A stretch of 34,932 nucleotides of DNA from Nitrososphaerota archaeon (GTDB taxonomy: Archaea > Thermoproteota > Nitrososphaeria > Nitrososphaerales > UBA57), in the NCBI GenBank assembly GCA_022572285.1, contig JACZWF010000002.1, forward strand, positions 1 through 34,932, in the 5' to 3' direction. Position 1 is the first letter of the stretch; each line of letters starts with the position of its first letter. This document shows, piece by piece, positions 30,407 through 34,932 of this stretch. The notes beneath the pieces were generated by a model. That model saw nothing but the letters and a program-made list of their open reading frames with translations. It did not search any database and had not been told where the DNA came from. Position numbers and translations under genes: made by a program.

Positions 30407-31795
30407 TTAGAAGACACTATTGGTTTCCTCGGATAACATTTCACTTAATGACCTAGCCAGCTCTCTCTCTGTTACGACATTACCCGCGACGAAGACTTGG
30501 ATGATCCTGCCTCCGAGTTTGTTATTTGGTATTACGTTACTACCTTTCGGAAGATTGAGAACTTCAGGACCACCTTCTCCTATCAATGCTAGACCACCTC
30601 TAAAGTCTTCGACTCCTTGCTGCAACCGTGGGATTTCTTTGAAGGTCCCAACTCTGGGAATTCCAGGGGGAAGGATGGCATTGAAGGCTCTGATGCTTGC
30701 GTTAATTGCCCTGACTCCTGCGTTGAGTATGTTAATCATAAAGTTGATGGCTGTCTTGATTGAGGTTCCTATGATTTGACCGAAGGCTGCTCCCCATATC
30801 TTGATTCCATTGAGGACGTTCGTTCCCCAATTCTTGAATTTGTTCGCAGCGAGGATTGCCCAGATTGCTATTTGTATAGAAAAGCCTTGAAGTCCTTCCG
30901 TAATTATACCGTTGACATCTGCGAATCCCTTCTCAAAAGCCATAGTGAAGGGTAGAAGGTTGATTGAGATCTGATCAGACAAGAGGGTTAGCTGGGCTGC
31001 TAGCTCGCCGAGTGGCCCGGGTAGACTCTTCCACGCTTCTCTTGCTGCCTCGATTGTGACGTTGCCTATTCCCATCTTTTCCTGAAGATTGACGGTCTTC
31101 GTGAATATGAAACCCATGGCGATACCCGCCCCTATGATAGCTCCTCCTAGAAGTCCAGCAACCCCTCCGACACGCGATAATACACTACCTAGAAGTTTAC
31201 TTGCTCCTTTGAGTTTGTCGGACATTATGAGAGCTAGGAGTCCTTGAGCTGCTACGATTCCAAGCTGAGCTCCGACCGCAATCATATTGGTAACTGCTCT
31301 TTGCTGATTCTGCGATTCGGTTTTGGCTGCTCGATCGATCTCGGCTAAGAGTCTATTGCGCTCTTGTTCGAGAAGGTTAATTGCTACTAAGTTAGGAATG
31401 GCTTGATCTCTTGCGATGGCTAGTTCCTTCTCGACATTAAGAAGATCTTGTTCGAGTCTTGCGGTTTCTGCACTCTTGTCGCCAAGAGCTAATGTCAGTA
31501 GGTTGATGGAGTCGAAGGCACTCTTTACGGTCGAGACTAGGGTTCCGACCCTAGCTAGAGCTCTCTCGAAGGTTGCTACGTTTGGGTGAGCTGACCTGAA
31601 TGAGTTTCCCACTCGAGTAATGGATCCTGCTACTTTGGAGTTTGCCGTATCCAGTTTTTGTAACGCTAGGTCAACCTCGGTGACTGTGGCTTTCCCTTCT
31701 CTGAAGGCTTGAGTTGTAGCGTTGAGGTCGGACTTGGCTTTCTGCGCGCCCGTAATTTGAAGGTCCCAGATTATGCTGTTGGTTTCGCTACTCAT
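30407..31795 (-). CDS. tail tape measure protein
   Basis: N-terminal coiled coil and central Gly/Ala/Ile-rich hydrophobic stretches (GGVAGLLGGAIIGAGIAMGFIF). The start is taken at ATG 31795 (ATGA overlap); the track start is GTG 31810. Confidence 0.75.
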   Translation of the reverse strand: MSSETNSIIWDLQITGAQKAKSDLNATTQAFREGKATVTEVDLALQKLDTANSKVAGSITRVGNSFRSAHPNVATFERALARVGTLVSTVKSAFDSINLLTLALGDKSAETARLEQDLLNVEKELAIARDQAIPNLVAINLLEQERNRLLAEIDRAAKTESQNQQRAVTNMIAVGAQLGIVAAQGLLALIMSDKLKGASKLLGSVLSRVGGVAGLLGGAIIGAGIAMGFIFTKTVNLQEKMGIGNVTIEAAREAWKSLPGPLGELAAQLTLLSDQISINLLPFTMAFEKGFADVNGIITEGLQGFSIQIAIWAILAANKFKNWGTNVLNGIKIWGAAFGQIIGTSIKTAINFMINILNAGVRAINASIRAFNAILPPGIPRVGTFKEIPRLQQGVEDFRGGLALIGEGGPEVLNLPKGSNVIPNNKLGGRIIQVFVAGNVVTERELARSLSEMLSEETNSVF

Positions 31796-31890
31796 ATTCC
31801 TACTCTCCACTCATATCTAAGGTCTGGATCTCCATGCCAATCTCCAATCTTATCACATCTATCTGTGGGTGTGTGTTTTTCTTTGCTCAT
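31792..31890 (-). CDS. micro-protein, 32 aa (not in track)
   Basis: MSKEKHTPTDRCDKIGDWHGDPDLRYEWRVGI*. ATGA overlaps at both ends. Confidence 0.35.
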   Translation of the reverse strand: MSKEKHTPTDRCDKIGDWHGDPDLRYEWRVGI

Positions 31891-32030
31891 GTGAACAACT
31901 CCACGATATCAGCCAGGATTTCTTTCATTCTGACCGGGGTGACTACTATCAGATTGTCCCTCTTATCGATTAGGTCTTTCAGAGCTTCCTGCTTTCTATT
32001 CAGTTTTAGCTGACCCTCGCTGGAACTCAT
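31887..32030 (-). CDS. helical miniprotein, 47 aa (not in track)
   Basis: MSSSEGQLKLNRKQEALKDLIDKRDNLIVVTPVRMKEILADIVELFT*. ATGA overlaps at both ends. Confidence 0.4.
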   Translation of the reverse strand: MSSSEGQLKLNRKQEALKDLIDKRDNLIVVTPVRMKEILADIVELFT

Positions 32031-33010
32031 GCTGTTATCAACATCGTTTTTGTTCTAATGCGCATGACGAAGATTTGGATTTGGCGCGCTGCTACTGAGA
32101 CTCTTTCAACATAAACAAATGGTTGCATATCTGTCGCTGTAGCTGGGAGGTTGGTAGTTTTTGTTCCGATTAGACCGTCATTTCTATAAAGTCTGATTTC
32201 GTTAGCTGAACCCTCTACTGAATCATCTAGTTCTAATCTCCACCTGCTTCGGTTTGTGCTTGCTGGAAGATAGCCTGTGTCGAAGTGACTGCGGGTTCCA
32301 TCATTTGATTCTATGAACACGTTGTTACTACTATTGACTACTGAGTCTATTTCCCAACATGCGTAATTGCCTCCTTGAGGCCAAGCAGTGGCATTTGACA
32401 ATGCGCCGTCAGTGAATCCGACTCTCATCTCCATGTTGTTGCTAATAGTTGAGAGGTCAGCGATCCACTCCATTACTATGAGAGATTGCCTTCGATAATT
32501 ATCGACGTTGTTATGACAAATGATTACCCTATCACCATTTGCTCCCGCCGTCAGACCTATTTTTGATGTCTGCCCTCCAGATATGCTAACAATGCCTCCG
32601 CCAAAAACGAATGATACCCATGGGAAATTGTCTGTCAATGTTGGAGCGATGAAATTCCAATAATCCCATTGATTTGCAAAGGCCCCAACTAATGTTGCAT
32701 GGTCGACTGGACCTTGAAAGCGATTGAGATCAAGACCAACGAAGAGATTGGCATCGAAGGCTCGACCATTTGAAACGTCAGCCATTTCTTGCCAAGCTGT
32801 ATCTGCATTGTTACGTCGATAGACTTTATTGATTGTGAAACCTGAACCAGTCGCGGAAATGAACGCTTCTTGTCCGGGGTGAGGACCGTCATCTCCTGAC
32901 ATCGCTGAAACTTCGGCTCCAGTCCCTCGGAACCGAGTCTTCTGATTCATCTTTGCGACTTTGCCAGTCCCAACCATATTCTCCCCGGCGGTAAAGGCGT
33001 CTCCTGCCAT
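32027..33010 (-). CDS. jelly-roll / lectin-like putative receptor-binding protein, 327 aa
   Basis: Beta-rich and rich in Asn, Gly and Trp (WDYWNFIAP, YACWEIDSV, RWRLELDD, IRLYRNDGLIG), which suggests a concanavalin-like fold. Confidence 0.4.
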   Translation of the reverse strand: MAGDAFTAGENMVGTGKVAKMNQKTRFRGTGAEVSAMSGDDGPHPGQEAFISATGSGFTINKVYRRNNADTAWQEMADVSNGRAFDANLFVGLDLNRFQGPVDHATLVGAFANQWDYWNFIAPTLTDNFPWVSFVFGGGIVSISGGQTSKIGLTAGANGDRVIICHNNVDNYRRQSLIVMEWIADLSTISNNMEMRVGFTDGALSNATAWPQGGNYACWEIDSVVNSSNNVFIESNDGTRSHFDTGYLPASTNRSRWRLELDDSVEGSANEIRLYRNDGLIGTKTTNLPATATDMQPFVYVERVSVAARQIQIFVMRIRTKTMLITA

Positions 33011-33265
33011 CTACTTCTTCACCTCTATCGGTATGAAGTCATCTTGGTCTTTAATTCTTCTTTCAAGAAGATCGGCTGCCCACTTTGCTCCTATCGATTC
33101 TTCGCCCTTGATCTTGACGACTACCTTAAGATCATCTCTAGCTCCGCTTATGAGTTCTTGATTCATGTATTTGATTTCTCTCCCACATTCTTCTCGAGTC
33201 TTCCAACCTTGAGGTCCAGAGACGGCCCCACGTTCAGGTTTTGACTTTCTTCCTATAAACCACAT
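33011..33265 (-). CDS. hypothetical protein, 84 aa (ATG 33265; track start is 33349)
   Basis: MWFIGRKSKPERG... begins 2 nt after the LamG gene stop. Confidence 0.45.
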   Translation of the reverse strand: MWFIGRKSKPERGAVSGPQGWKTREECGREIKYMNQELISGARDDLKVVVKIKGEESIGAKWAADLLERRIKDQDDFIPIEVKK

Positions 33266-33267
33266 AA

Positions 33268-34830
33268 TCAAAACGCCCATTGTGTTCCTATTATAAGGTC
33301 GCAATCGTTTGATCCCCCTGGGTTCGTTCCTATGTAGAACGCGGTGCAAGCTCCTGAGCTTGAACCTTCAGAAGCAACAGTTTCCGTTTCTTCCATCGTA
33401 AAGTCTCGGAGGCTTGGCCTGATATTGTTGAATAGATCTGTTACTTCAGTTGCCGTCAGAGCTCTGGAATATATCCGAACTTCATCGAGAACGCCCGTAA
33501 TATGTTCTGCACCTGCCGGACTCGCGCCTAGAGTAAGAGCCAAAGTAGTGTTAGGTAAATCTCTGGTGCTAGCTAATGGACTAGACGATTCTTCGACCGC
33601 GTCACAAAACACTCTCATTTGGGTTCCGTCAAACGTGCATACCACGAAAGTAAATCCAGTATCGCTAATAACTATACTGCCAGTCAGGGTATCATTCCCC
33701 CCTCCTGAATCTCTTCGTCTGAATCTGACAAAGTTGCTGCTAGTCTTTCTTATTTGCCAACCTCCGTCTCCTGATGAATGTTTGCTTATGATGTCACCAT
33801 CGACTGCATCATTGCGTTTAATCCAAAATGATACACTAAAGGGAACGACTCCATCAAAATCTAAAATGTCGCCAATCGTAACGAGTTGAGAGCTAGCAGC
33901 CACAAATTGTATAGCCTTACCAAGTATTCCATCCACGTAGATAGGTGAGCCTGTTTCAGTCCCATTATTGACGAATCCACTCATGTCTTCAGTGTGACCT
34001 TCGAGAGGGTAGAACGCGGAAAGAAGATGTTCGGGTTCGAATTGGTGTGGTTGTGGTTTTGGATATGTGAAAAGTTCGAGAACTTCGACATCGGTGAGAG
34101 CTCTGCTCCATATTCTGACTTCATCGATATCTGCATTGAGTTGATTACCTCCTCCTGATTTCCTTCCAATTTCTAAAGTTAAGGCGTTGGTTGACGTTCC
34201 TCTTGAATGTGCTGTCGGAGAGAATGACGATTCCACTCCATCAACGTAAGCTCGAAGATTACCTGAAGTCTTTACGGCGACAAGATGTTTGTATCCTGCA
34301 TAATTATTACCAGTATTGAACCTGACATTTGATCTTCCTCCTGAATCTGAGTATTCAAAATGAATATCGGCTGGCGAACTCGCGATTCCAATCTGATAGC
34401 CTGCCCCTACTGCGAAAAAGAGTCCTTTTGATATTATGACTTGAGAGCTTGCTACGTTGTCTCCTTTCAACCATAACGATATTGAGAAATCACCAGTTCC
34501 GAAGTCGAATGGATCATCAGATAGAGCGACATATTGGTCAACACCGTCTAATGAGATCGCAGAGCCTTCTTTTCCTGATACAAATGTTGGCGAGTTGAAA
34601 GTAGTCCCATGATTCTTTTTGTCACTCTTGTCTCTTACACTCCCTTCCATCCTAAGCCATAATTCGAGAGAGCTAGTATCTAGGAGATTGTATCGTTCTT
34701 TGACAGATCTTATTGTATTGAGAGTAATTGAATCGTCTCTCAGCTTGGTTCCTGTTTCGAGTTTATTGACTCTGCCTCGTATCTCATTAAGTTCGTCGGC
34801 TAGCGTCTTCCGTCTCCTGAGAGTCGACAT
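33268..34830 (-). CDS. tail fibre-like protein with two LamG (Laminin_G_3 / concanavalin-like) domains
   Basis: The two domains carry the same blocks: ISLDGVDQYVALSD...DFSISLWLK...LRAYVDGVE...DEVRIWSRALTDVEVLELF and IQFVAASSQLVTIGD...PFSVSFWIK...MRVFCDAVE...DEVRIYSRALTATEVTDLF. The N-terminus is coiled coil. Confidence 0.85.
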   Translation of the reverse strand: MSTLRRRKTLADELNEIRGRVNKLETGTKLRDDSITLNTIRSVKERYNLLDTSSLELWLRMEGSVRDKSDKKNHGTTFNSPTFVSGKEGSAISLDGVDQYVALSDDPFDFGTGDFSISLWLKGDNVASSQVIISKGLFFAVGAGYQIGIASSPADIHFEYSDSGGRSNVRFNTGNNYAGYKHLVAVKTSGNLRAYVDGVESSFSPTAHSRGTSTNALTLEIGRKSGGGNQLNADIDEVRIWSRALTDVEVLELFTYPKPQPHQFEPEHLLSAFYPLEGHTEDMSGFVNNGTETGSPIYVDGILGKAIQFVAASSQLVTIGDILDFDGVVPFSVSFWIKRNDAVDGDIISKHSSGDGGWQIRKTSSNFVRFRRRDSGGGNDTLTGSIVISDTGFTFVVCTFDGTQMRVFCDAVEESSSPLASTRDLPNTTLALTLGASPAGAEHITGVLDEVRIYSRALTATEVTDLFNNIRPSLRDFTMEETETVASEGSSSGACTAFYIGTNPGGSNDCDLIIGTQWAF

Positions 34831-34837
34831 TCTCTTG

Positions 34838-34932
34838 CTACCATCCCCACCTATTATTTACAGTGACGGTATTGGAGGACGTCTTTGCTGCGACTGGAAT
34901 AACGAAGCCTCGACCGAAGAGATTACCTGAGC
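34838..34932 (-). CDS. 3' end of an upstream gene entering from the window end (frame ambiguous)
   Basis: Two minus-strand frames are open from 34932. One reads ...SGNLFGRGFVIPVAAKTSSNTVTVNNRWGW* (stop 34840-34838). The other reads ...AQVISSVEASLFQSQQRRPPIPSL* (stop 34860-34858). Confidence 0.35.
   Translation of the reverse strand, partial: SGNLFGRGFVIPVAAKTSSNTVTVNNRWGW

Noticed and set aside
412-34930. All plus-strand ORFs in the track (60-181 aa), e.g. 8967-9419, 10196-10639, 19673-20038, 33344-33889
   Set aside because: Each lies antisense to a longer minus-strand gene with recognisable motifs or strong context. They have no SD or promoter context and translate to low-complexity, Ser/Leu/Cys-rich sequence typical of shadow ORFs.
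1-34932. tRNA, rRNA, CRISPR array, integrase or att sites, DNA polymerase or primase
   Set aside because: The intergenic gaps are all about 160 nt or shorter and show no cloverleaf-like or repeat-spacer structure. No ORF shows recombinase or polymerase motifs by eye. Absence cannot be proven without searches.

Overview
The window looks like most or all of a ~35-kb tailed dsDNA virus genome (Caudoviricetes, siphovirus-like). I hand-translated many ORFs under 60 aa that the track omits, giving about 80 credible genes. All lie on the minus strand and are packed with ATGA / TAATG / TTGA stop-start overlaps. Several track 'M' starts are really TTG or GTG. Plus-strand ORFs are antisense shadows.

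Gene order on the minus strand, from high to low coordinates:
- Tail block: a double LamG-domain fibre-like protein, a 327-aa lectin-like protein, the tape measure protein and a 540-aa tail protein.
- Four co-directional non-structural operons (28.6 to 17.7 kb). Each opens with the same promoter-like module, an A/T box followed 21-23 nt later by an invariant GGTGTATTGG. They carry an Hjc-like nuclease coupled to a DNA methyltransferase, DUF488 coupled to a miniature C5-cytosine methyltransferase, a MazG-like protein, HTH proteins, and many zinc-ribbon or C2H2-like miniproteins.
- Packaging and head genes: terS, the terL ATPase domain, six small ORFs, the terL nuclease domain, portal, Mu-F/SPP1-gp7-like protein, protease-scaffold fusion, decoration-like protein, major capsid protein and a gp6-like connector.
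- About 7.5 kb of atypical genes: a holin-like protein, an HExxH protein, an 840-aa repeat protein, and an abundant 298-aa protein followed by an ORF with a candidate -1 frameshift. An HK97-gp10-like neck gene follows.

I saw no rRNA, tRNA, CRISPR array, integrase or DNA polymerase.

The items most worth a second look:
- the large terminase split into two ORFs;
- the repeated promoter/leader module, including one antisense copy facing candidate lysis genes;
- the T_TTA_AAA two-frame gene;
- the Hjc-like protein with QxK in place of ExK, coupled to a methyltransferase;
- the DUF488 / mini-Dcm pair;
- the zinc-finger miniprotein cluster;
- the 840-aa repeat protein.

All family calls rest on motifs read by eye. 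No database search was run.
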